DNA of 63,815 bases, counting the filler, from Craspedostauros australis (lineage: Eukaryota): the NCBI GenBank assembly GCA_030167865.1. It is 10 parts of 10 records of this genome, joined end to end, with 100 filler letters (N's around TTAATTAATTAA, not from the genome) between each part and the next. Parts side by side here need not be neighbours in the genome. Positions count along the whole stretch, not along the records: positions 9,281 to 15,626 come from JALAGF010004367.1; positions 15,727 to 21,877 come from JALAGF010004368.1; 8 more parts are not named here. One strand, given 5' to 3'. The notes under the pieces were generated by a model. It did not search any database and was not told the origin of the DNA. It saw only the letters and a program-made list of their open reading frames with translations. Made by a program: the position numbers and the translations under genes. This document shows, piece after piece, positions 10,346 through 19,754 of this stretch; the first letter of the stretch is position 1; every line of letters begins with the position of its first letter.

Positions 10346-12329
10346 TGGGTGGACCTTGGACGAGACCATGGTCTGCTCATTGAAGATGAGTCCGCAGACG
10401 ATGGCGATAAAGAAGATGAGGAGTCCAGTGGAGTACACCAACTTGACGAGCTGAATGGGATCCATGGTTACTTGGTTGGGGATGAGTTGGTGATGGTGAT
10501 TTGGTTTTGGTTTTGGATTGATTTCCGTTGTGTTGAGCTGAGCTACACTGAACTAAGTTGGCATGTGTTGATCCACAATTTGATTTTATGAGAGGAGAGA
10601 AAGAGAAGTTTGATGCGGTCGCAATTATAGCAACATCAGCAACAGCAGCAACAGCAACAGGAACAGGAACAGCAGCAGTGGTAGCGGCAGCGCGAAACAC
10701 GCACGCGATCACCCTCATGGGCATTCAAGCAAGGGAAGGTCCAACTCGCACAGCGGGCGAAGGAGCCACAAAGTCTGCGCGCACACTACGAGCAGGTCAC
10801 ATGCAAAACATGGCAAGTCAGGTGACAGGGGAATGGCGCAAACCATATCCACTTCCGTTTCGTTCACATCGTCTGATCACAGCTTGCTGCGCCGGCGCAG
10901 CGATCACAGAAGAGAAAGGGATGAGGCTGCAGACGAGGAGACATCTTCACCACGAAACGCACGCGGTTCTTCCCTGCCATCTCGTCACGCGAAGGGACGA
11001 ACGAGGAAGCCGTCATCCTGCACTAAATCATCCAGCTCCAGGCGCCATGGCCATGGTTATTCGGAAAAGACTGCGAATGAAGGATCTGATCACAAGAACA
11101 GCCCGCCACAAGCTCAGCAATCATCGACACCGAGTCCAGTACACTCGAAGAAGCCCAAGAGCGCAAGGATTCCATGGGCTCCATCTCTTCCTCGCCAGCA
11201 TGCTTGCTGCCGAGATTCCAGGTGGTCCAGGAGTTAGAAAGGGAATGTTCACGAAGCAGAATCAGGGGGAAGGGGGCAAAGGGCAGGCCTGGATCATGTC
11301 TCCAAGTACAAGTATACGCATTGGCCATCCAAGGATGTTTGGCAGGCTAACAAGAAATGATACTTCGCGTTGGGGTACAAACTTACGAACATGTCAAAAA
11401 GGCATACATACGTAGCTCTGACAGAGTGTGATTGGGAGGGAGAGCAGGCTCAGCAGAGCAAACGTCAGCAGCGATATGAAGGTTATAGTACAGGAGGATG
11501 CTGCAGAGTAACGTAGTCCCATTCCTCTCCAACAATACACGATCAAGATCAACGCAGCGGCACATTGAAGTATCTTCCCACTCAGCTGCTGCTGCTTGCC
11601 CTCTGAGGGTGTGTGGTGCGAACAGGCGCGGCCTCCATTGCGTTCGCTCTGAGAATGGGTGACACGAGAGAAGTATTCTTGAGTAGCACCGAGGATCATC
11701 TGTGGCGGAGCCATGTCGATACAACAACTCCACTCGTACATACTCCGCGATGATGTGGCTGCAACACGAGCCTTTGATGAGCAGGGATGCTCTTGCTGGT
11801 GCGCCTGGGCGTGTTTGTGTTGTGTGGAGTTTCCCCACGAACTGGTTCTCATTTCACGCCGAAGAAGAGAACGTGCACACGAAAGCGAACTGTCACGTTT
11901 GAGAACATAACACAACTCGATAGACGACATTGTCCGATAAAACGGGACAGGAATACGAACAAGTGTTCGTCGAACTCTGTATTGCCACGATGAAGGGCCA
12001 GACGGAAGATATGTCGCACAGTGTATTCGTAACAAGCCAGCAACAAAACAAGAGACAGAACGGTTCGCTGTGGCCGTGACGAATGGCGATGCACGAAAGA
12101 GAGAACGAGGAGACCTCTTCGAGGGTAGAGAATACCATGGAGTACGTCCACGTATTGTACTAGAGAAGCACGAATGGTGGTCGTGGTGTTGGTGACATCA
12201 TCGCAGACTATGTCGGATCGGGTTGAGGAGGAGCGGCGGTCAAGAGAGACACAGAGGCAGAACAGTCCTGTATTCTGCCCCATCGTGGTCCTCGATTTGG
12301 TTGTTCTCGTCTCGTTACGGTACCAAAAT

Positions 12330-12330
12330 G

Positions 12331-12365
<35 letters not shown>

Positions 12366-12391
12366 GTCAATCGAGAGAGAGAGAGAGAGAG
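12330..12391 (+). repeat. Microsatellites (TCAA)n and (GA)n
   Basis: Visible tandem repeats. Confidence 0.9.
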
Positions 12392-12903
12392 TATGTTAGA
12401 TGGTATGGACAGGCGACCACGATGGCAAACTGTCCCGGTGGGAAAAGGCATGGAATTGAAGAGAAACTAAGAATTATTGGCGCAGAACACGGTGCCTTGC
12501 GCGACGCACGTCATCGCTGCTAGTGCCCCGTCTAACGCCTCAATAAACGATAATAACGTCAGCGTCTCCTTGACGGAACCGGATGGAATGAATGCGGTTC
12601 TTCTGACTGTGGTCGGTTTGTGGCTGTCCATCCGCGAAACTTCGTCGAAGAACATGATCGAGATCTTTCGAATTCCAACGAAGCCATCTTCTGTGATCGT
12701 CACTATCACCGCCGGAGTTCCGGTGATGTCCAGGGGCGTTTCGTTCAACTCTCTGCACTGTTTCGCGCCCACATACGAGGACTTGTGATTGTGCTTGCGC
12801 TATCACACCAACAGCATCTTTCTCGTTCTTTCCCCATGTGTTTCTTTGACCAACCATCCTGATCAGCTCACAAGAACAATCATACAACAAACAAAAGCGT
12901 AAC

Positions 12904-12904
12904 C

Positions 12905-12938
<34 letters not shown>

Positions 12939-12997
12939 ATACTACGACTACTACAACTACTACAACTACTACAACTACTACAACTACTCCACCAACA
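12904..12997 (+). repeat. (CAA)n / (CTACAACTA)n microsatellite immediately upstream of the SDR start codon
   Basis: Visible tandem repeats ending just before ATG 13001. Confidence 0.9.
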
Positions 12998-13000
12998 ATC

Positions 13001-14012
13001 ATGACCACTCAAGAAGGCAAGATCTATCTGATTACCGGCGCCAGCTCCGGGATGGGCAAGGACGCTGCCCTGTATCTGGCCTCCAAGAATGCCAAGGCTC
13101 TCGCCCTTGTCTCCCGCAGCAAGGATCGTCTCCAGACCGTCGCAGATGAGATCAGCAAGGCGCACCCGAACACCAAGACCCTCGTCGTCGCCGGCGATGC
13201 CTCGTCGGCTGAAGACACGAAGCGCGCTGTCGATGAGACTGTGTCAACCTTTGGCGGCATCCATGGCGCCTTCATCAATGCTGGTGCCTACCGCGGAGGG
13301 GAAATGATCCCTGAAGTGTCTGATCAAGATATTGATGATCTTTTGGACATGTAAGTATTGGCAGCATCCATCAGTATGACCAATACTTGCATTTGTACAT
13401 ATCATGCACGAGATATGATCCTCGTACACGTGCATCCACATCAACGCTCACACTTCGCATCTACTAAACTATACTACACTATTCTACTTTCTTCTCTTCG
13501 TCCTCAATCGCATTTTTCTACCATATTTATACTCGCGCCATACTCGTGCCATGCTCATTTACAGCAACGTGAAGGGCGTCATTTACGCCATGCGATATCT
13601 GATTCCAGCCATCAAGAAGACCGTGGGTGAGGACGGACCAACGGGATCGATCGTCGTGAACAGTAGCTGCGCGGGACAGGCGGTGATCGGATCAAAGAGT
13701 GCTGGCTCCGCCATCTACTCGGCATCCAAGGCATTCGTGAACTCCCTTGTCGAGACTGCCGCAGTTGAGAATGCTCCACGCATCCGCGTCAACGGCGTGC
13801 TGCCAGGCGTTGTGCAGACGAACATCATGCCCGTGGATGATGCCACGTACCAGGCCGTCGGCGCCGCCGTGCAGCCATTGTGGGGCCGACCAGGCAAGGC
13901 GAGGGAGATCTCCCCCTTGGTCTCTTTCCTGCTTTCGGATGAAGCATCTTTCATTTCTGGAACCAACGTGAAAGCCGACGGTTTGTGGTCCTTGTCCGGA
14001 GGTGGCATGTAA
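13001..14012 (+). CDS. Short-chain dehydrogenase/reductase (classical SDR); exons 13001-13350 and 13565-14012
   Basis: TGASSGMG, NAG, YSASK and IRVNGVLPG motifs. GTAAGT..CAG intron joins in frame (DI/NVKG). Confidence 0.93.
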
Positions 14013-14549
14013 GTGCGACACTCGTTGAATCGAGCAGAACAATTGTATGAGAACAACCGAACGACAGCATTAAGCGAAGCAAAAGCAATAAAGTAGATAC
14101 TAACCTCTTTAGTCGTACTCACGAAGAGGTATAGAGTCCTCCAGTACCAAGGACAGCTATCTATTCCATTAATACGTCCTGTTCATGAGGCGATGCCTGT
14201 GTACTGCAAGAGAAGTGACGTGTTGAGTAACTATTGTTCTGTTGACAACAATTATCGTGGAGTATTGGCACTGTGGTGTACTCGCTATGTCCTGTACGGA
14301 GCGAGCTCAATGATACTTCAAGTACTTCGCTCCTGATATCATGTCGCCTCAGTTCAATTCATGTGCGGTGATCTGTTGTGACAGGTACGTGTAGATGCCA
14401 TCTCACTTTGCCTCTCTTGCAGGAAAGCGGCGCCATGATCTGAGATTCACGATGCATCTCGAGATGCCATCGGCGGCGTGATGTATTTGTGTTGGTGTGT
14501 CGATGTGACGCACTGTGGTCGCGCCTCAATGCGCCAAGTGTCAATGTGC

Positions 14550-15626
14550 TCACTTCTGCACACCCATCTCCTCGTCACTCTCGGCAGCACTGTCGTTCTC
14601 CTCCTGGTTCAGCTTGTTCATGGCGGCTGTCTCCGTACAAAGGGCAGACTCAAAGACGGCGGCGGCGTCGTCGTTGCTGCACGAATTGATCTCCTCACGG
14701 AGTCCCTTGATGTTCGACAGGATGCGCTCGCGGCGGACGGAGTACGACTCATTCCGTGCGGCGAGATCCTTCTGGAGCTCGAGGTATTTCTTTGGAACGG
14801 CAGTGGCACCGGCCTCATCCACAAGCACGTTGGTTCTCACATGCAGGTTTCGGTTGCTCTGGTGGTCTGGCTTCATGCCGGCGGCACGCTCCTCTGGAGT
14901 GCCAAAGTACACCTCATCGAGCTGGAAGCCCGAGACGGCCTTGTGGACGGAGGCAAGGACCCAGGCTCCAGAGCAGATATCGGCGGCTTCCAAGAACAGA
15001 CAGAACTGGAAGAAGATGTAGACAGTTGGATGGTCTCCGCGCTCCTCCTTTGGAAGCTTGGCAACAGCGAAGAAGGCGATCTGCATACCCTTGAGCATAC
15101 CCACGATGGACATGAAGAGGAAGAAGAGGATGACGGCGACTCCATTTGGCACTCTGGCCCACATGGTGGTCTTTCCATCGAACAGGGCGACAAGGGTGAT
15201 GGCCATGGCGTAGCACAGGATGGCGAGGGAGATGAGGATACGGCCCCAGTAGAAGAGGTTCTGGGCACCGTCGCGTGGTGGTTCCTTGGACTCGATTTCC
15301 TTGCCGGATGCCCAAACGAAGAACATCTGGACGAGGTAGAACGAATGCAGAAGTCCAGAGAACTCGATGGCGAGGGCGACATAGAGGGTGAAGACGGCAA
15401 AGAAGTTGTTGCTGTAGTCAAGCATCCAGAGAGAGGCGTTGCCTTGGGAGTTGAGCTGTCCGGCCATGGCGGCCATGAGGATCATGGCGGCTCCGGATCT
15501 GAGGAAGATCTGGATGATGATGTCTGGGAGACCGAAGACCTTGGTGTCCTCGAGCGGCACACTGCACTGGTTGATGGTGAATACCATGAGGAGGACCATG
15601 AACTGACGTCCCATGAGGCAGCGGTC
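14550..15626 (-). CDS. SIT: Silicon transporter (SIT), 3' part with C-terminal coiled coil; same internal deletion
   Basis: GRQ, GQLNSQ, GMQIAFFAV, LFLEA..ICSGAWVLA, GFQLDEVY.GTPEER. Identical to 9281-9969 over the overlap. Confidence 0.88.
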   Translation of the reverse strand, partial: DRCLMGRQFMVLLMVFTINQCSVPLEDTKVFGLPDIIIQIFLRSGAAMILMAAMAGQLNSQGNASLWMLDYSNNFFAVFTLYVALAIEFSGLLHSFYLVQMFFVWASGKEIESKEPPRDGAQNLFYWGRILISLAILCYAMAITLVALFDGKTTMWARVPNGVAVILFFLFMSIVGMLKGMQIAFFAVAKLPKEERGDHPTVYIFFQFCLFLEAADICSGAWVLASVHKAVSGFQLDEVYFGTPEERAAGMKPDHQSNRNLHVRTNVLVDEAGATAVPKKYLELQKDLAARNESYSVRRERILSNIKGLREEINSCSNDDAAAVFESALCTETAAMNKLNQEENDSAAESDEEMGVQK

Positions 15627-15726
15627 NNNNNNNNNNNNNNNNNNNNNNNNNNNNNNNNNNNNNNNNNNNNTTAATTAATTAANNNNNNNNNNNNNNNNNN
15701 NNNNNNNNNNNNNNNNNNNNNNNNNN

Positions 15727-17271
15727 ACCCACGTTGGCAGCAAGCCCAACGCACGGACCTTGACGGGCGTGCTGGAATCGCTGTCCACCATCGACGAGAT
15801 TCTCTCCCTCCTCAAGTCGGCCATCGACGAGGCCCAACGTGGCTCCCATGAAGCCTTCCCGTTGGATTCGGTGGTCTTCAGCACCGCCATTCGCACCATC
15901 TCTCAAAACCATCGCACCCGCAGCGGCGCAACGGCCGCCGAGAGCATCCTGCGCATGCTGGAGGGATACGCTGATTCTGTGGGACTGACGAGGGCAACAT
16001 CCGTCACTGCCAACTCTCAAATCTACTCCATGGTGCTACATGCATGGGCGCAGTGCGAATCCACGGAACACCGTGGCGATGCCGCTCAGCGCGCGCAGGA
16101 TATCCTGGTGCACATGGTGGAAGGCTACAAGCAGGGCAAGAACCAGAAGCCCAACACCCGGAGCTTCACCACATGCATCGGCGCATGGTCCCATTGCGCA
16201 AAGAATGTCCCGCATGCAGCCGTCAGGGCGGAGCAACTGCTGGATACTCTGCTGGCATTGCACGAGGCATTCCCCGATGACACGGACTTTGCTCCAGACA
16301 CGTCGATTGGGAATGCTGTGCTGTCGGCATGGTCAAGGTCCGACCAATCGATTGATCATGTGCTGAGGGCGTTCGACAAGCTGAAGACATTCGCACGGCC
16401 TGATCTGTTCAGCTACAACTGCCTGTTGCACGCGCACAGCAGGAAAGGCGATGTTCCATCCGCGCTGGCCTTGTTGGATTGGATGGAGGGAGTGGAACAA
16501 GCAGCTGATGGTGGTACCGACTACGATGGTGGCGAAGACAGCGATGGCCAAAGCAGCATTCGAATCATGCCAGACACACTGTCCTACAACAACGTCATGA
16601 GCGCCATCGCAAACAGCAGGAGCAACAGTGGCAGCAGCAGTAGAAGTAGTGAAAGTGACGCATCTGCCTGTGATCCTGAAGAACTGCTGCGACGGATGCT
16701 ATCCAACAACATCTCACCCAGCATCATCACATACACCTCTCTCCTTCGTGCGCTGGATGACGTGGACAGGGCCATGGAGTACTTGGAGGATGACATGATC
16801 CCCGATCCTCGACTCCAGCCTGATCATGTCACGTTCGATGTGATGGTGAGGAAATGCAGCAACGCCATCAACAACGGAGACTCGGTTGACACAAGGTCGC
16901 ATCTGCAAATGTTGGACCGATTGCTGCAATACATGAAGCCGGTCCCCAAACTTCGTGATTCCATCTTTTGCAACATGATCCAGACGTGCAGCGCCGGACT
17001 CGCATCGGCCGGGAGGGACGGCAGCAGCAACCGTCATGGCGATGACATGGCCGACGAAGAGAGAAGACACGAGGAGTGGATACAGCATGTGGCACCTGTT
17101 GTGGCCGAATGCAAGCGACGAGGAGTCGTGTCCAGAAAGGTGCTGATGCTGCTGAGGAGGGGCAGTATTCGACCATCACGATCGACCATGGAACGAGTCC
17201 TTGGAACGGCTGATACTCATTCGATGCCGAGAGAATGGAGCCGGAACGTCCCACGGCAGCACCGTCCATAG
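15727..17271 (+). CDS. Pentatricopeptide-repeat (PPR) protein, 5'-truncated by linker
   Basis: Repeated P[ND]xx[ST][YF]xxxxxAW/AxA motifs (KPNTRSFTTCIGAWS, PDLFSYNCLLHAHS, PDTLSYNNVMSAIA, PSIITYTSLLRA). C-terminal PREWSRNV. Confidence 0.9.
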   Translation, partial: THVGSKPNARTLTGVLESLSTIDEILSLLKSAIDEAQRGSHEAFPLDSVVFSTAIRTISQNHRTRSGATAAESILRMLEGYADSVGLTRATSVTANSQIYSMVLHAWAQCESTEHRGDAAQRAQDILVHMVEGYKQGKNQKPNTRSFTTCIGAWSHCAKNVPHAAVRAEQLLDTLLALHEAFPDDTDFAPDTSIGNAVLSAWSRSDQSIDHVLRAFDKLKTFARPDLFSYNCLLHAHSRKGDVPSALALLDWMEGVEQAADGGTDYDGGEDSDGQSSIRIMPDTLSYNNVMSAIANSRSNSGSSSRSSESDASACDPEELLRRMLSNNISPSIITYTSLLRALDDVDRAMEYLEDDMIPDPRLQPDHVTFDVMVRKCSNAINNGDSVDTRSHLQMLDRLLQYMKPVPKLRDSIFCNMIQTCSAGLASAGRDGSSNRHGDDMADEERRHEEWIQHVAPVVAECKRRGVVSRKVLMLLRRGSIRPSRSTMERVLGTADTHSMPREWSRNVPRQHRP

Positions 17272-17356
17272 ATCTAACTGCAAACAAGCCACCTCGCAAC
17301 GACAGCCAATACTCTTCACAGAAATCTACATTTTCGCAGTGATGGGTGAGTGCAAA

Positions 17357-19507
17357 CTACAGCTTCTGCTTCTTCTGTTTCTTCTTCGTGCGAGTATCTC
17401 CATTCACGTCAGAGGTGCTGTCGCTGTTGTCACCATGGTGATTGCTGCTGCCATTCTTTTTGCCACCACTGCCACCACCGCCATGGGTTCCGCCCACGTG
17501 CACGTCCACGTCCATGTTCATGTTCGTGTCTATGTTCATGGGCACTGTCTGGACGACGAAGTCCTCAGCTGACAGAATGTCTTGATCCTTCTTCAGCCGG
17601 GTAGACAGCGCGGCCTTCTCGTACGTCTCCATCAAATCCCCAGGCTCCGCCATGTCCAACCACCGCGTTTTGACCTGATAGACACTCCGATTGGGAAAGT
17701 ACTCACGTGCGTACTGCGTCCAACGAATGGGCTCGATGGCTTGCGTCTTCTTCTTCTCTCTCCGTTCAAGTATCGTCCTCCTCACGAGCTCATCCTCGGC
17801 CTCCGTAAACCCTGCGCATGAGTTGATATCAGGATTGAGAGAGCGATTCCACTTGGCCGACACCATGGTGGGATTCCTGTTGGGGAAGTGGTAGAGATTG
17901 GCCTTCAATGTCGGCGATGGATCGTTCTTGTATGCCTTCATGCACAGCGCCAGTCTGCGCTGATCATCCTTGTTCCACTGGCTGTGATCGAGGGATGGGT
18001 TCAAGAGCGATTGGTTGATCCGGGCCAGAATCTGCTTGATGTTCTTGGTGTGACCGAGCATCGCAGACACCGTCATGACTCCATGAAAATCCAGCACATG
18101 CTGAGGACCGAGCGCGGCCATGGTTGCGAGCATGACGCGGTCTTCCTCGATGGTCCAGTCTGCGTGGATGGGCTTGAGCTGCGTTTCGTAGGCGTGGAGG
18201 CAATCCCACGCAGTCAGCTTGCTCTTCGATTCTTCATGTATTTCTGGTTCTGCTTGCGTTCCTGCTGTTGGCGGCGATGAGGCTCGCAAGCGATTGATGG
18301 ACTCAGCGACTTGCTCCCAATCCAGCACGCAGTGTCGTTGGCTGGCATTCACATTCCGTCGTTCTTTGTCTACTCGCGACTGTGATTGTGGATGAACCGA
18401 CGTGAGGTTTGCATCTGCACCTTCCCCACTCTTCTCGTTGCGACGATTCTGCTCTTTGCGTGCTTCTGCCATGTGTACCATCTCGAGCATGAGGAGGCTC
18501 TCCTGCTTGTTCAACTTTGGTGTTGGATCCATGGTGATGAACTGGTAGCGCATCCGGTACTCTTCCATCGACCTTTCGCTGATCTTGGTAGCAGGCTTCT
18601 TGCCCCGGTTGAACTGGGCGACTGATTCGATCATCCTGGCATGGAACCGATTCCATACGTCGTCAACACCATCCTGAAGGCTTCCACTGTTATCGTCGTC
18701 AGCGATGTCATCTGTATTGCTTGCAAATACATCGCGTACCACTGCCCGAATCAGATCATCCTCCTTGGGCATGAAGGGCGGCGATAGATGATGGAAGAAG
18801 GACTCGCGGATCAGTTGCTGTCGCCGGATGAAATCCTCGTTGGGAGCAGGCATAGAACCGGCGGGATCCACAAAGAAGGTTCGGGTCCACTTGCGATCAG
18901 GGTCGTACCGGAACAGATGGCGCCTGATGTAGGAGACGCGCGTTACGGCACCCGGAACTTCTTCTTGTTGTTGTTCCTGCCGTTGGGATGGCGGTTGTTG
19001 CCAGCCATTCTTGTTGCTGCTTCTATGGATGTTGCTGTGGCTGCTACTGTGCCTGTCACTGTGGCTGTCACTGTTGTTGTTATTATCGTCACCCTCCTTC
19101 GAAGTGCGGCTGGTTACTGCCAACGACGCAGCGTTCCCAGTGGGTGGCGTCTTGCTGTAGCGTTTGCCACTTTGGGGGAACATGTACTTCCATTGGACGA
19201 GACTGATGTTCTGCTGCTGCTCCATGTCTATCCCTTCTTCGTTCCCTTCATCATCAATGGCATCCCAATGCAGCCGAATCTGTTGGATGCATTGCGCTGC
19301 CTTGCGTCTGTTCTCCGTTTTCTGCTTTGCAACAAGCTGCAGCGCTTCCAGGATCTTGGTCTGTGCCTTGCGGTTGGCAGTCAGCGACTCTTGGATAGAG
19401 CTCTTGACCTTGTCTGGGATGCCATTCTGCTTCCGTTGCAGCTGGGCTTGTGATCGTGGGAGACGACTGCCACTTTTGAGTGCGATGCGTCTGGAACGGC
19501 TCGCCAT
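17357..19507 (-). CDS. SNAPC4: Multi-Myb-repeat protein, probably snRNA-activating protein complex subunit 4 (SNAP190)
   Basis: Myb repeats WTIEEDR, WNKDDQRRL, FTEAEDELV..WTQYAREYFPNRSVYQVKTRW. N-terminal coiled coil and FFVDPAGSMPAPNEDFIRR resemble the SNAPC4 F.D..G..PP.NED motif (from recall). Confidence 0.7.
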   Translation of the reverse strand: MASRSRRIALKSGSRLPRSQAQLQRKQNGIPDKVKSSIQESLTANRKAQTKILEALQLVAKQKTENRRKAAQCIQQIRLHWDAIDDEGNEEGIDMEQQQNISLVQWKYMFPQSGKRYSKTPPTGNAASLAVTSRTSKEGDDNNNNSDSHSDRHSSSHSNIHRSSNKNGWQQPPSQRQEQQQEEVPGAVTRVSYIRRHLFRYDPDRKWTRTFFVDPAGSMPAPNEDFIRRQQLIRESFFHHLSPPFMPKEDDLIRAVVRDVFASNTDDIADDDNSGSLQDGVDDVWNRFHARMIESVAQFNRGKKPATKISERSMEEYRMRYQFITMDPTPKLNKQESLLMLEMVHMAEARKEQNRRNEKSGEGADANLTSVHPQSQSRVDKERRNVNASQRHCVLDWEQVAESINRLRASSPPTAGTQAEPEIHEESKSKLTAWDCLHAYETQLKPIHADWTIEEDRVMLATMAALGPQHVLDFHGVMTVSAMLGHTKNIKQILARINQSLLNPSLDHSQWNKDDQRRLALCMKAYKNDPSPTLKANLYHFPNRNPTMVSAKWNRSLNPDINSCAGFTEAEDELVRRTILERREKKKTQAIEPIRWTQYAREYFPNRSVYQVKTRWLDMAEPGDLMETYEKAALSTRLKKDQDILSAEDFVVQTVPMNIDTNMNMDVDVHVGGTHGGGGSGGKKNGSSNHHGDNSDSTSDVNGDTRTKKKQKKQKL

Positions 19508-19754
19508 TGTCAACAGCTATCTGTCCGTATGGAGATGGATGGTTGATTGGATGGTTATGTGAAGAATTGATGATGGATGATGATGGATGAAGATGGGCGA
19601 TGACGATGGGAGGTGTTGCCCAGAACGCAAGGTGTTGAGGTGTTGAGGTGTTGATGTGTTGGTGTGTTGGTGTGTTGATGTGGCTGTGTTGTTTGTCTGT
19701 TGTGATCTCACAGTCCCGTGACCCTTCCACCGTTGAAGACGTACGTAGGACCAG

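Larger units (their letters stand above)
9281..10465 (-). pseudogene. SIT: Silicon transporter (SIT), 5' part; interrupted by a 206-bp insert and internally deleted
   Basis: MDPIQLVKLVYSTGLLIFFIAIVCGLIFNEQTMVSSKVHP|VVAVVIMIAALVWLNMVEGGQ..NLDRCLMGRQFMVL..GQLNSQ.NAS..MLDY..GMQIAFFAVAKLP are SIT hallmark motifs (EGXQ, GRQ, CMLD-like). Confidence 0.9.

Noticed and set aside
10558..12938. Several 100-285 aa ORFs between SIT and SDR
   Set aside because: No recognisable motifs, overlapping frames of similar length and low complexity; cannot support a gene call.
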